From assembly GCA_963666285.1 (NCBI GenBank), contig OY762711.1: a stretch of 64,000 nt of DNA; one strand, given 5' to 3'. Position 1 is the stretch's first letter. Every line of letters begins with the position of its first letter. The notes under the pieces were generated by a model. That model was not told the DNA's origin. It searched no databases and saw only the letters and a list, made by a program, of their open reading frames with translations. This document shows, piece by piece, positions 1-11,141 of the stretch. Position numbers and translations under genes: made by a program. The stretch is from Sedimentisphaerales bacterium (GTDB taxonomy: Bacteria > Planctomycetota > Phycisphaerae > Sedimentisphaerales > SM23-30).

Positions 1-12
1 ATAATACAAAAG

Positions 13-1110
13 TTAAATTTTCAACACCTTTTCATAATACTTCTCAAATTGATCTGCTATTAAATCCCATGAGAAATTATTTCTGACTCTATCGATAGCT
101 TTGCCTGCCATATTATCTTCATTATTTTTATGTTCTAACATTGCTGTAAGTTGTTCTGCCAGACTTTTGACATTGCTGCTTTTAAAAGACCACCCGGAAT
201 CACCAATCGCTTCGAGATTTTCGGGTATGTCACTTACCAGGCAACGACACCCATAGCTCATTGCCTCAAGCAATGCAATAGAAAGCCCTTCAATATCAGA
301 CGGCTGGACATACAGGGAGCAATAACTAAACAATTCATCCAAAAGCCTACCCTCAACAAATCCTGGGAAAATCACCCTTTCGTCTCCACCGGCTAAATCA
401 ATTAATTCCTGCTTATATTCATCCTCATTCGGCACATCACCTGCAATAACAAGTTTATAATCAGTATTTAATGACTTAAATGCCGGTATCAGGTAATGTG
501 CTCCTTTCTCCCTGACAAGCCTGGAAGCAAATAAAACATATTTTTGAGGTATCAAACCCAAAGAAAAAATTTCCAGAGCTTCCGGTTTAATTTTAATGTC
601 AGCACCAGTCGGAATATATTCAACATCAATGCCATATGTTTCGTTAAAATATTTGCACTGTGTCAGGGAGACAGCAGTAAATGGAATTTTGTGTTTAATA
701 ACTTTTTTTTCAAGAAAAAGTGCTATTTTTGCGCTTAATGAATTAAACCTGCTGCGTTTCCACTCCAAGCCATGCCACTGCAATATGCATTTCTGCTTTA
801 ACAAACGAGCCAGCCCAACCCAGGTACCGGCCGGAATTGTGTGAAAGTGGCAAATGTCGTGTTTTTGCCTGCAAGCCTTTAATACCGCAAAGAACGCTGC
901 TGTACCCTTTTCTAATACCCTGCCTTTTAGCGAAGGAACATACCTAATTGTCATACCCTCATATTCAGAAACATTTTCACCATAATGTCTCATTGAATAA
1001 ACAGTAACATTATGTCCCCGCTTAACCAGACGCGAGCCAAGTTCAAGCGTATATTTTTCAATGCCTCCGCCTCGGCTAATATTTTTTACAACAATAAAAG
1101 CAATATCCAT
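13..1110 (-). CDS. GT4-family glycosyltransferase
   Basis: GGIEKY N-terminal motif, RLVREKG, and EGLSIALLEAMSYG (EX7E). Start moved to the ATG at 1110 (MDIAF), just after the radical SAM stop. Confidence 0.9.
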   Translation of the reverse strand: MDIAFIVVKNISRGGGIEKYTLELGSRLVKRGHNVTVYSMRHYGENVSEYEGMTIRYVPSLKGRVLEKGTAAFFAVLKACRQKHDICHFHTIPAGTWVGLARLLKQKCILQWHGLEWKRSRFNSLSAKIALFLEKKVIKHKIPFTAVSLTQCKYFNETYGIDVEYIPTGADIKIKPEALEIFSLGLIPQKYVLFASRLVREKGAHYLIPAFKSLNTDYKLVIAGDVPNEDEYKQELIDLAGGDERVIFPGFVEGRLLDELFSYCSLYVQPSDIEGLSIALLEAMSYGCRCLVSDIPENLEAIGDSGWSFKSSNVKSLAEQLTAMLEHKNNEDNMAGKAIDRVRNNFSWDLIADQFEKYYEKVLKI

Positions 1111-1111
1111 C

Positions 1112-2173
1112 TTACAAAGAACTCTGCGATTTCGGCCCTGTTTTTTCACAATCACAACGATATCGACCAACATTATAAAGCGGGCAGCATTTGGTATCCA
1201 CAGGCTTCCCCAGCATTGCCCGGATCTTATTTTTTATCACCCAGGGCAACGTCTTTCTAATATATTTCTTCATGACAGGTGAAGCTGAGCCAATCATCCA
1301 GCAGTTTTTCGGGCAGTTCGCTACCTTTTGCCTGACTTTTTCGGCATTAGGACTGTTCCATATATCCATAAAATTTTCAACTTTATTCAGGTTGCCCATA
1401 CTTTCAAGCCAGTATTTTTCTTCCATGCCATTACAGGGCAGAACTTCGCCATAAGGGTCAATAAAGAAATTCTCAGTGCCAGCCTCACATGGCAGCATTC
1501 TTCTACCGCCTTTTATATAGTTTATCAGGCCGAGGTTGAACAATGCCCTAAACCAGTTTTTTGGATGTTTTTCTTTTAATAAGCGATTGATCAATTCATC
1601 AAAATGGCCGCAAACCTCATCTATATTAGTTATTTCATTATCATGCTTATGGAAATAAAATGAGTTATGAAACGCAGCGGTTGCAAACTGCATATTAAGA
1701 TTTTTTGCCAATTCATAAAGAGCCAGTAAATCCTTGGAATTATTATTGGAAACTGTAATACCAAAACCAATATCCTTGACACCAAGCCTTCTCAGCTCCA
1801 GCAAAGTTCGCAGTCCCTTGTCAAATCCGCCGGACCTGCCGCGCAGCTCATCATTTTTTTGCGACAGACCTTCAATACTAACCCGAAAGCCAAGTTTGGG
1901 ATATTTTCTTGCTGTCTCCAGAAGCTCCTTATCCATCCACCCACTTGTCGAAATAACAATCCGATCTGTTCTGGTAAATAATATCTCTATTATCTCATCG
2001 AGATCTTTGCGGACAAACGGCTCTCCGCCGGTTACATTTACCAGCTCGAGCCGAGGCAGTTTTTTGAGCAATTCCGGCTTAAACTCATCTTCTATTTTTG
2101 ATGGATTATTCCATATATCACACATCCTGCATCGCATCGGACAGCGATATGTGGTTATTATTGATGCTTCCAT
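1112..2173 (-). CDS. radical SAM/SPASM-domain protein within the polysaccharide locus
   Basis: CPMRCRMC (CxxxCxxC), TGGEP, and C-terminal SPASM-like cysteines (CEAG...GEVLPC...CPKNC). Confidence 0.9.
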   Translation of the reverse strand: MEASIITTYRCPMRCRMCDIWNNPSKIEDEFKPELLKKLPRLELVNVTGGEPFVRKDLDEIIEILFTRTDRIVISTSGWMDKELLETARKYPKLGFRVSIEGLSQKNDELRGRSGGFDKGLRTLLELRRLGVKDIGFGITVSNNNSKDLLALYELAKNLNMQFATAAFHNSFYFHKHDNEITNIDEVCGHFDELINRLLKEKHPKNWFRALFNLGLINYIKGGRRMLPCEAGTENFFIDPYGEVLPCNGMEEKYWLESMGNLNKVENFMDIWNSPNAEKVRQKVANCPKNCWMIGSASPVMKKYIRKTLPWVIKNKIRAMLGKPVDTKCCPLYNVGRYRCDCEKTGPKSQSSL

Positions 2174-2184
2174 TTATTCTCTTT

Positions 2185-3396
2185 TCATTTCATTGCACGT
2201 CTATATACATCTATCAATTTCTCATAATGAGTATCCGAAGAATAATGTTTTTCCAGTTTACATCTAGCTGCTTTGCCCATTTTTGTAAGCACCTGGCTAA
2301 TAGACCACATATTCAGAATTTTATCCTTTAGATCTACAGCATCACCAGACTTAAACAGTATTCCTGTACTTCCATCATCGATCATCTCGGGTATCCCGCC
2401 AATATCAGCTCCTAAAACCGGCTTGCCATAGGCATAAGCTTCCAGAATTGACATCGGAGCATTTTCACACCATTCAGAAGGTACAACAGCAAAAGCTGCT
2501 CCCTGATAAAGGCTAGAGAGTTCATTCCCTGTTTTGTATCCCAACAACTCGACACTGCTAATATTATTATCAACAATGAAACTCTGTACCTGTTCTCTCA
2601 GAGGGCCATCACCAACTATCTTTAACGGAATATCCAGCCCGGCCATTGCTTTCAAAAGAGTCAAAACACCCTTCTCATGTGACAATCTCCCGGCATATAA
2701 TATATATTCACTATCCTCATAATTTACCAGATACTGGTCGGGATCTACAAAATTTGGGAGATAAACCAGTTTTTCTTCTGAAAAGCCACTTTCCAGCATT
2801 TTCCCCTGTATAAATTTGCTCGGACAGATATAATATCTGACTTTTTCCCATTTTTTGAACCATTTGTTATAGTATGATTCCATGGTATATACAGCAGATG
2901 CCAGAGTACTATTCTTATGGCATCTATTCTTTACACAATGCCAGTAATTTCTACCTTTACAATCCTCACATACCTGCCCTTTATTGAGCATTAGATATGA
3001 TGAGCAAATCAGTTTATAATCATGCAAAGTCAACACAGAAGGCATGTCCAGTTTATTAACTGCGTCCAAAACCGAAGTCGTCAGACCACCATAAATATTG
3101 TGAGCATGAACAACATCAGGGTTAAACTCTTTTAATACTATTTTTAGATTATCTGCAGCTTTTTTATTCCTTATAACATCAATAGCTCCTCTTACCTTAC
3201 CCAAACCTCTTAAGGCTTCAAAGTCAGCCTTTTCGGGAAAATATTTTTCATACTTACAAGTCTGGTTTTCTGGACATAGTTGCGAAAACCCGTTAACTTG
3301 ATGTCTATTTTCAAGCAGAAGTTCCTGCTCCTGAAACATTACCTTTTCAGAGCCGCCACGCAAATAATAATAATTGTTTAAAAAGAGGATATTCAA
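2185..3396 (-). CDS. GT4-family glycosyltransferase
   Basis: RGGSE, HAHNIY, TLHDY, GRLSHEKG, ENAPMSILEA. The TTG start overlaps the upstream TGA. Confidence 0.9.
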   Translation of the reverse strand: MNILFLNNYYYLRGGSEKVMFQEQELLLENRHQVNGFSQLCPENQTCKYEKYFPEKADFEALRGLGKVRGAIDVIRNKKAADNLKIVLKEFNPDVVHAHNIYGGLTTSVLDAVNKLDMPSVLTLHDYKLICSSYLMLNKGQVCEDCKGRNYWHCVKNRCHKNSTLASAVYTMESYYNKWFKKWEKVRYYICPSKFIQGKMLESGFSEEKLVYLPNFVDPDQYLVNYEDSEYILYAGRLSHEKGVLTLLKAMAGLDIPLKIVGDGPLREQVQSFIVDNNISSVELLGYKTGNELSSLYQGAAFAVVPSEWCENAPMSILEAYAYGKPVLGADIGGIPEMIDDGSTGILFKSGDAVDLKDKILNMWSISQVLTKMGKAARCKLEKHYSSDTHYEKLIDVYRRAMK

Positions 3397-4556
3397 GAAC
3401 CACCATTTAGCACTTGCATATACACTTCATAAAACCTGTCAACTGCTTTTGACCAGGTATAATTATTTTTGATATTGGATTCTGCCTTTACTGAAATATC
3501 TTCTAGGTATTCAGGATTATCTATCAGCTCCAAGAGTTTAGCTTTCCAATTGTCAAGATCATTTGGTGGAAGAATAAAACCTGTCTTTCCATCAATAACT
3601 AACTGGTCAGAACCAGCCGTAAGTGTTGTCAAAATGGGCAGACCAAAAAACATAGCCTCCAAAATAACCATTCCGTATATCTCATAATCACTATGCAGTA
3701 AAAACAAATCTGCAATTTCATATATACTTGATATTTCATCTTGCGGGATACCAGGAATGTATCTGACTCTATTTAGGTCGGATTTAGCTCTTAAGTTATT
3801 TTCAAATCGTTCCTGATATTTTGAATTTCTTGAACTGCCGACTATCAGAAAATATACATCGGTCCTATCATCACAAATATTCTCAAAAAGTTCCAAAAGA
3901 AAGTATATTCCCCTACGCTCCTCAAGTATACCTACATATAACAATAGGGTAGCATTTTCTGGTATATTTAAACTTTTACGACTATACTTTTTTGATTTAT
4001 TGATAAAAATACTATCATCCAGTCCAATCGGAGCAACATGGATATTATTAAAATTCAAACCCTTCATATAACCCGCAGCATAATTTGTTTTTGCGATAAC
4101 TGCATGAGTGCTTTTTCTAATACGGTTCAAAAAACAGGAATTGTAACATTTTTGCATCATACTTGGGAAAAAACCATCATAAGGCTTATACATTCCCTGG
4201 CATAAAACAAGCGGAATCCAGCTTTTTATTGCACATCGACCTGACAAATAAGACATTAAAAAATGGTATTCATGTACCTGAATAAGATCATATTCACCAT
4301 TCGATAAATAATTCAGAAGTTTTGGAATATAACATTGGTATCCTAACAAAGAAATATAAGGCATACAAATCAGCTTAACAGCATTACTACCATCATATTC
4401 TATTTCAAAGGTCTCAGGCTTTACATTGTTTCCAACAACATAAACATCAGAACTTATGTTTTTTTTTAATAAAGCTTTAGCCAGACCTAATTCCTGGCAA
4501 TTATACTCATTTATATCAAGAACATGCCCTATTGTACGAATAATTGCCAACTTCAT
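3393..4556 (-). CDS. GT4-family glycosyltransferase
   Basis: EIYGMVILEAMFFG (EX7E) and a GT-B C-terminal domain. Confidence 0.85.
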   Translation of the reverse strand: MKLAIIRTIGHVLDINEYNCQELGLAKALLKKNISSDVYVVGNNVKPETFEIEYDGSNAVKLICMPYISLLGYQCYIPKLLNYLSNGEYDLIQVHEYHFLMSYLSGRCAIKSWIPLVLCQGMYKPYDGFFPSMMQKCYNSCFLNRIRKSTHAVIAKTNYAAGYMKGLNFNNIHVAPIGLDDSIFINKSKKYSRKSLNIPENATLLLYVGILEERRGIYFLLELFENICDDRTDVYFLIVGSSRNSKYQERFENNLRAKSDLNRVRYIPGIPQDEISSIYEIADLFLLHSDYEIYGMVILEAMFFGLPILTTLTAGSDQLVIDGKTGFILPPNDLDNWKAKLLELIDNPEYLEDISVKAESNIKNNYTWSKAVDRFYEVYMQVLNGGS

Positions 4557-4668
4557 TTTATATCCATAATAAAATATTTACTCTTCAGAAATAATTCAAT
4601 ATAATGGCCCGTTATGATAGATACTTGACTTTAACAGCATCAACTCCAACAAAGTATGAGATTTTTGT

Positions 4669-5607
4669 ATGAATTGGAAAATAAAAGCTTACGCACAAAA
4701 AATGATCGCTATATTCCCAGAAAAGTTTTCTTATAAAGCGTATTTACATCTTCAACATAATTACGGTGCAATTAGAATGGCTGCAAACCCTATGGGCGGA
4801 CTGAGCGCTGGGATAGACATTTACAATCATATTAAATGTAACAACATCAATCCTCTTGATAAAATATTTTTTGAAGTTGGAACCGGAACAGTACCACTTG
4901 TACCACTATCTTTATTTTTATTGGGTTGCAAAAAAACCATCTCGGTAGATTTAAACCCATACATAAATGATCTAATGTTCAAACAATGCCTTAGATATAT
5001 GATAAATAATGAAAAACATATCCGCAATCTCTTTGGTGAAAAAGTTGTCAATGAAAGATTAAAAACATTAATTGAACATTTAATATCCAATGAATATTCT
5101 AGAAAAAACATATTAGAGCTATGCAATATTGAATATCAATCTCCAATGGATGCCAGAAAAACTAAATTGAATGATTCTTCTATCGATTTTTTTATTTCGA
5201 AAAATGTCTTCGAACATATTCCGAAATCAGAGCTCCAGGATATCATTATTGAAGCAAACCGAATAGTAAAGCCAAATGGACTATTCATCAATCACATTGA
5301 CTATATTGACCATTACTCATATTCAGATAAGAGTATCAACAAAATAAATTTCCTCAAATATTCCGACAAACAATGGAATTTTTACGCAGGCAATAAATAC
5401 GCATATACCAACAGAATGCGTCATAGTGATTTCATTGACTTATTCAAAATTCTAAATCATCAAATAATTGAAGAACAGCCGGAAACAAATAATGATATTT
5501 TAGAAAAGCTAAATAGCAATTTAATATATCTGGATAAAAAGTTTAAAGATAAATCTTGCCAAGACCTTTCAATAATGTCTGCATGGATAATATCTAGACA
5601 CCATTAA
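4669..5607 (+). CDS. class I SAM-dependent methyltransferase, opposite strand within the EPS locus
   Basis: FEVGTG motif I, SIDFFISKNVFEHI, and RIVKPNG. Confidence 0.8.
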   Translation: MNWKIKAYAQKMIAIFPEKFSYKAYLHLQHNYGAIRMAANPMGGLSAGIDIYNHIKCNNINPLDKIFFEVGTGTVPLVPLSLFLLGCKKTISVDLNPYINDLMFKQCLRYMINNEKHIRNLFGEKVVNERLKTLIEHLISNEYSRKNILELCNIEYQSPMDARKTKLNDSSIDFFISKNVFEHIPKSELQDIIIEANRIVKPNGLFINHIDYIDHYSYSDKSINKINFLKYSDKQWNFYAGNKYAYTNRMRHSDFIDLFKILNHQIIEEQPETNNDILEKLNSNLIYLDKKFKDKSCQDLSIMSAWIISRHH

Positions 5608-6829
5608 GCAAACTGTTATATATTTTATCCAAAACTTCAATTTTATTTCCATACACACTTTTCTTGGCCTGTAGAATTGCATTTCTTGCCAGACTTTGTC
5701 TTTTTTCCTCATTTTCGTACATATCTACTACTGCATCCGAAAATTGACGACATACAACCTCCACTGATACTGGTGACACTCTGATACCAGTTTTTTCGTT
5801 AACAACATCCGTAAAACCAGAATAATCAGGGCAAATCACCGGCAAACCACACCCATACGCCTCATAAACAACTCCAGGTGATGAGTCATAAGAACTTAAC
5901 AAAACAAAAAGGTGACAATTTTTCATTACCTCAAACACTTTTTCTCTTGGTAATTTTCCATAAAAAATTACTTTTTTATTAAGCCCTAAATCTTTACACA
6001 TCTTTTTACTTTTATCTAGCATCTCACCATCACCAACAACATGTAAACGCCACCTTATCTTATCAGATAAAAATGTAAGCCCTTCAAGAACTAGATATAG
6101 ATTTTTCCTTGGCAGCATATTACTAACCCATATTATCTCTAAAGGCTCATTGAATTTCCTCTCTAACGGATTATCTACACAAACGAAATCATCACCTAAC
6201 CCAGATTGAATAATTATCGGGCATTCTCCTATGTCATATTTTCTCAATTTATCACTAAGGAAAGATGAGCCAGGAATCACACTCGAATAATTCTTTATAG
6301 CTTTCCGTACACTTCGCTTATATCTAAGGTCAAATGAAGCGGTACACTTTTTAATATATAAAAGCATTTTCTGAGAAAAAGAAGCATCACTATTTATCAA
6401 TGCCAATGGTATCTCAGATATTCCAGTTACAGGGCCCCAAACAGATGGAACCCCTAAATCCCAATATCTTCCCGGGTTTCGAAAACCACATGGAGTTAAT
6501 TTATGCACGATATCAATCTTTTCATTATTTATTATTTCTAGAGATACTCTAAATGCCATTTTATGCCAACGATTTAAGATTGCATTAAATTGAATTTGTC
6601 GAAAAAATAGAATATCACTTCTATTATCATTCCAACCGGCAGAAATATATCTGAAGATTATCTTATTATTAAAAATATGTTTTCTATTTTCGACAAATTC
6701 TCTATCTTCCTCTGCTACAATCACGTATAAATTATGTCTTTTTGCTAACTCACAAATAAAATCCCAGCCTACAGCCCATTCTGACCCCCGTGAGCCATTA
6801 CAACACATACATATCAATAGTAAATTCAA
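5594..6829 (-). CDS. GT4-family glycosyltransferase
   Basis: GSEWAVGW N-terminus, VWGP, PRKN, DSSPGVVYEAYGCGLPVI. Confidence 0.85.
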   Translation of the reverse strand: MNLLLICMCCNGSRGSEWAVGWDFICELAKRHNLYVIVAEEDREFVENRKHIFNNKIIFRYISAGWNDNRSDILFFRQIQFNAILNRWHKMAFRVSLEIINNEKIDIVHKLTPCGFRNPGRYWDLGVPSVWGPVTGISEIPLALINSDASFSQKMLLYIKKCTASFDLRYKRSVRKAIKNYSSVIPGSSFLSDKLRKYDIGECPIIIQSGLGDDFVCVDNPLERKFNEPLEIIWVSNMLPRKNLYLVLEGLTFLSDKIRWRLHVVGDGEMLDKSKKMCKDLGLNKKVIFYGKLPREKVFEVMKNCHLFVLLSSYDSSPGVVYEAYGCGLPVICPDYSGFTDVVNEKTGIRVSPVSVEVVCRQFSDAVVDMYENEEKRQSLARNAILQAKKSVYGNKIEVLDKIYNSLLNGV

Positions 6830-8148
6830 AATTTCACTCGATCTCTTCGCAATAACCTATTATTTCTACAGTAGTTAACTGCAGTGATTTTATTTTCTAC
6901 CACTGAAGCATAGGCAATAAACAATGCAAACCAAAGCATCTCTGGCCTAGTCATACAACCACTAAAAAATGATCTAACTATAAAAATCATTAATACCATC
7001 ACTAATTGCGGTACCAGAGAACTATTTTTTCTATATAAACGATAAACCAACATACAACATTGATATATAATATTAATATATAACAGCAACCCCAAAATAC
7101 CAAGATCAAATATCACTTGAAGAAAATCATTATGTGCATGAGATCTGATAAAGACATTATTAAGAAAGTCATTTGTTGACTGAAAACCATTTCCAAAAGC
7201 AAGAGAAAATATATCTGATTCCTTTAAGCCTTCAAAAACTTCAGACCACATCAACATTCTACTTGAACCAGCACTATCATCTCCACTAAAAGCTTCTTTC
7301 CAACGCCCAACAAAATTCTCTTCATTAGAACTTATAACCAAACCACAAATTAATACACAGGTTATAATAATAATTGCAACGCGAACAATCTTTACACGGC
7401 TCTCAAATACATTTCTATTTTGTTTCAAATATACAACAAAATAACCTATTAACGCAAAAACCAGTGCAAGCTGAGCACCTCTTTTCATGGAATAAACTAC
7501 TCCGGAAACAATAATAAATATACAAAAAAGCCTTCTTTTATTCATACCACAAGTGTGCGATAAAAATAATGGTAATAACCACACTAATTCATAGCCTAAC
7601 CCAAGACCAACAGTATCTGAATCATACACTATCCCTCCAGGCGTAACTCTTGTTGCCCCCAAACGAATACTATAAAGTTCTGCCAATACAAAACGCAAGA
7701 TAACAAATACAAAACATATCCATACCAAAATAAATACCTTTTTTTCACTAAAAGGAGAAATATCATTTGTTAAACTTGCAGAATAAAAAGCATAATAGAT
7801 AAAAATCCAATAAAGACACTTTGAAAACCCCAAGATTCTATATAAATCTATTGGACTATGTACTAAAATAAGTACTAAATATATTCCCCAAACAAATATA
7901 GAATTTGCGACCTTATTTGACCTTATATCTCTTAACCTCAAACAAGATAAAAACACCCCTCCTACAACCATTATAATTAGAAATCCTCGAATATAATGCC
8001 AATGGTTTACAGATGGCCCCTCAGTTGCATCATATCCAGACAATTGCCAAATTACTAAATCAAAAAACATAACAAACAAACCAAGGTTTGTAAGCATCTT
8101 ACCTGGTTCTAAATGAAAAACTGGCTTTCTGTATAATTGAGAATCCAT
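6826..8148 (-). CDS. wzy: Wzy-type polymerase / O-antigen ligase family membrane protein
   Basis: About 10-12 hydrophobic segments, SMKRGA, SSR..MW, and HAHNDFLQ..DLGILG (Wzy_C-like). Lies in a wza-wzc-wzx locus. Confidence 0.75.
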   Translation of the reverse strand: MDSQLYRKPVFHLEPGKMLTNLGLFVMFFDLVIWQLSGYDATEGPSVNHWHYIRGFLIIMVVGGVFLSCLRLRDIRSNKVANSIFVWGIYLVLILVHSPIDLYRILGFSKCLYWIFIYYAFYSASLTNDISPFSEKKVFILVWICFVFVILRFVLAELYSIRLGATRVTPGGIVYDSDTVGLGLGYELVWLLPLFLSHTCGMNKRRLFCIFIIVSGVVYSMKRGAQLALVFALIGYFVVYLKQNRNVFESRVKIVRVAIIIITCVLICGLVISSNEENFVGRWKEAFSGDDSAGSSRMLMWSEVFEGLKESDIFSLAFGNGFQSTNDFLNNVFIRSHAHNDFLQVIFDLGILGLLLYINIIYQCCMLVYRLYRKNSSLVPQLVMVLMIFIVRSFFSGCMTRPEMLWFALFIAYASVVENKITAVNYCRNNRLLRRDRVKF

Positions 8149-8245
8149 AAAACGAAATTTAATACTCGTTATATTATAATTATTTTTCTATTAATAGAAT
8201 CAAAACATAAGCTATCATTTTAAAATTCAATAACTTATTATTAAT

Positions 8246-9019
8246 TTATAATGGTTTTACAATCTTTGATATCATTTTACTATATCTCCATATATCATTA
8301 AGTTTGGAGACATTTAGCGTTTCAATATTAAGAAAACTATTACTTCCGATCCAGCACCCACCATCACCTATTCTAAAATCCGTAAATAATACCTGATATT
8401 TATATATGTCAAATACTGAATGATATATTAATCTATTTGCATCATGAAGAATCACTATACCACTTGGGCTTAATAACGATTTCGCCTTGATTAAGCATTC
8501 CTTCCTGGCACGACCATCAATAAAAATGTAGTCAAATTTAACATTAAGTGTTTCAGGATATTCAATGTAATCTTTATAGTCATCATAACATTCAGTATCA
8601 GGTTCGACATTATTATTTGGTGCAATGCATACTATTGAAACCCCATCTTCATTTATCTTATTTTTTATATTCTCAGACCAAACTTGATCATGTTCGATTG
8701 AAATCCATTTTTTCTCTCCCACTATTAACTTAGGAAAACACAAGGTACTGTACCCTGCTCCCCATTCCAAGCATTGCCTGGGTTGATTTTTTCTAAGTAT
8801 TTCTTCTATTATTAGAAGTTCTCTTCTTCTCATCCAAGGTCTCTTACTCGATATATTGAAGAATTTCCTGAATAAACGCACAGAAACTTCATTTATATGA
8901 ATCCAAATAACATAAAAAATTATAGTAACTTGCATCACAATTTTTTTTAACACTAGAAATATAAAAGCCATGAATCGCATATTTATTGCCCCAGTTTCAA
9001 TTTCACGTAACATATCCAA
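8246..9019 (-). CDS. class I SAM-dependent methyltransferase-like protein (start uncertain, probably downstream)
   Basis: LEWGAGYST, SIEHD, FDYIFIDGRAR, GIVILHDA. Confidence 0.75.
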   Translation of the reverse strand: MDMLREIETGAINMRFMAFIFLVLKKIVMQVTIIFYVIWIHINEVSVRLFRKFFNISSKRPWMRRRELLIIEEILRKNQPRQCLEWGAGYSTLCFPKLIVGEKKWISIEHDQVWSENIKNKINEDGVSIVCIAPNNNVEPDTECYDDYKDYIEYPETLNVKFDYIFIDGRARKECLIKAKSLLSPSGIVILHDANRLIYHSVFDIYKYQVLFTDFRIGDGGCWIGSNSFLNIETLNVSKLNDIWRYSKMISKIVKPL

Positions 9020-9852
9020 GTATAGTATACGGCTTCATTAAAATATATTTTATGAAACTCTTTTACCGGCTTATTCAATAAAGGAGCAGGTGTTGGATAC
9101 ACATTCTCATCCCATATGTCACCCCACCGTGTTACTTGAGGCTTAAATACTGGAGGAAATTCATAATATATCTCAATATGCTTTTGCAGCATTTTACTAT
9201 CTGCTTCATTAGGCAATACTCTTACAGCATTGTATTGAGGCAAACATGATATCTCATTCACACCAAGTATATTTGCAATTTTTCTACGAACTCGCGGTAA
9301 AACAGAATTAGAATTTTCTGATATTACGCCTCTGCGTACCGGATCAAAACCGACATTTGAAAATGCTTTTTTCAAACTATAACAATCACCTGTAGGAACT
9401 GGATAATTATCCTCAAAGACAACATGCTTAAACCCAAACCACTTACACTGCATAAGTCTTTTATACGCATTCTGATGATCATCAAACATTACTAGCGAAT
9501 TATCTGGAATTTCTGACCAATCATGCTCAGAGAAATCTCTATCCGAATACTCAACTTTATCAGATATATACTGCCTATTACTGAGGTCCAAATCAATAGA
9601 TACAATCCTAGCCTCAGGACAAGCTTTCTCTAACAGCCAGGTGCTCTGCCCTTTCCAAACACCACTTTCAACTATTAATTCAGGTGATATTGTTTTCACA
9701 ATAAACCAAACTGCAAACAAATGTGGTGCTCGCATTCCCGATGTATTTTCTTTTATTGGACGATCCTTACAAAGAATAGAAAATTCTTCTAGTCCATCTA
9801 ATATCTCTTCTCGGGACCAAGGTGAATTACCTATTTCCATTACTTTATGCAT
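8983..9852 (-). CDS. hypothetical methyltransferase-fold protein
   Basis: IVESGVWKGQSTW resembles SAM-binding motif I; also FDDHQ and FEDNY. The ATG at 9852 has a GAGGA RBS. Confidence 0.6.
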   Translation of the reverse strand: MHKVMEIGNSPWSREEILDGLEEFSILCKDRPIKENTSGMRAPHLFAVWFIVKTISPELIVESGVWKGQSTWLLEKACPEARIVSIDLDLSNRQYISDKVEYSDRDFSEHDWSEIPDNSLVMFDDHQNAYKRLMQCKWFGFKHVVFEDNYPVPTGDCYSLKKAFSNVGFDPVRRGVISENSNSVLPRVRRKIANILGVNEISCLPQYNAVRVLPNEADSKMLQKHIEIYYEFPPVFKPQVTRWGDIWDENVYPTPAPLLNKPVKEFHKIYFNEAVYYTWICYVKLKLGQ

Positions 9853-9874
9853 ATTCAATCCTCATAAATACCAT

Positions 9875-11107
9875 TTACCGATTTAACTTACATCCATCCA
9901 TATAATATTTCAAAACTAATACAGCCATACCACTTTGTATAAATTTTGTAACGCATAATGATAGAGCAATCCCGACAAGCTGTAATTTGATTATCATTGG
10001 TATACCAAAAATAATAAATATAGAAAAACACACCAACGATTGTACAAATATTACCTTTGTACGTTCAAACACCACTACTCCAGCATTAAATAGAGATGCC
10101 AAAACTTCAAAAAATCGCGACATGCTCCAGAATAATATTACGATAAATGGCACACTATAAACATCTCCATAAAGTTTTTCAATCAAATCATTACCAATTA
10201 ACAAAATACATATAAATAATGGTAGAAATATAGCTAGTATTAACATAAAATATTTACGCAATGACTCTCTAAATTTTCCGACACTTTCATTAAAGCTTTT
10301 CACTAATCTAGGTGCAAATATATTTTGCAAAAGTATTGCTACAGGATTTAATAAACCAAACAACCCAACACAAACACCTATTAGCGGTATAACTGAATCC
10401 TGACCAAGTATTTTCAAAATAAATGGAAATGACGAATTGGTTATTAGATTTAATATGCACGTTAAAAAAATCCACTTACCAAATTTGAAATGCTCTTTAA
10501 ATGTTCGAATAAAATATGATAATTCATTTGGTGGCTTTTTACGATTCAAATAATAGTACCATATCAGAAGAGATGGAATTAGGTAAGCTATTACTATCGC
10601 TAGTAATACTGTTTCAATTTCAATAAAATTATTAAAATATAATATTCCAAACATAGCGAAAAATATCAAAAAACTTAAAATACTATTTGCAGCCGAGTAA
10701 AAATATTCTATTTTAGCTACAAATATCATACGAATAAAGTTACTTATAACATCGCTCAGTATCACCATTAATGATAATACAAAAAATATCACATTGAAAT
10801 ATTTACCTTCAAAAAATATACCATAAACACCTGTAAATATTATGATAACCAAAACCAACATTGACAACATAATAAAACTAACCATCCTATTATATTCTTC
10901 AGAGTTTATTTCATCTTTATGCACAAAAACCATATATGGCGAAATCACAATACTAGTAGTTAGAAAAAGAGCATAGATATAGAATGTTTGCAAAATAACA
11001 TAATAGCTATAATCGTTAGAGCATTGCCTTGCTATTATTATTCCAACTAAAAATCGTAATAAAGTTCTAAAAAATTGATCTATTATAAGAATACTAACTT
11101 GAAACAA
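9875..11107 (-). CDS. wzx: Wzx-type oligosaccharide flippase
   Basis: 410 aa with about 12 TM segments, directly downstream of wzc. TTG start. Confidence 0.75.
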   Translation of the reverse strand: MFQVSILIIDQFFRTLLRFLVGIIIARQCSNDYSYYVILQTFYIYALFLTTSIVISPYMVFVHKDEINSEEYNRMVSFIMLSMLVLVIIIFTGVYGIFFEGKYFNVIFFVLSLMVILSDVISNFIRMIFVAKIEYFYSAANSILSFLIFFAMFGILYFNNFIEIETVLLAIVIAYLIPSLLIWYYYLNRKKPPNELSYFIRTFKEHFKFGKWIFLTCILNLITNSSFPFILKILGQDSVIPLIGVCVGLFGLLNPVAILLQNIFAPRLVKSFNESVGKFRESLRKYFMLILAIFLPLFICILLIGNDLIEKLYGDVYSVPFIVILFWSMSRFFEVLASLFNAGVVVFERTKVIFVQSLVCFSIFIIFGIPMIIKLQLVGIALSLCVTKFIQSGMAVLVLKYYMDGCKLNR

Positions 11108-11141
11108 ATAATAATACCTTAAACATCAATTACACATTCCG

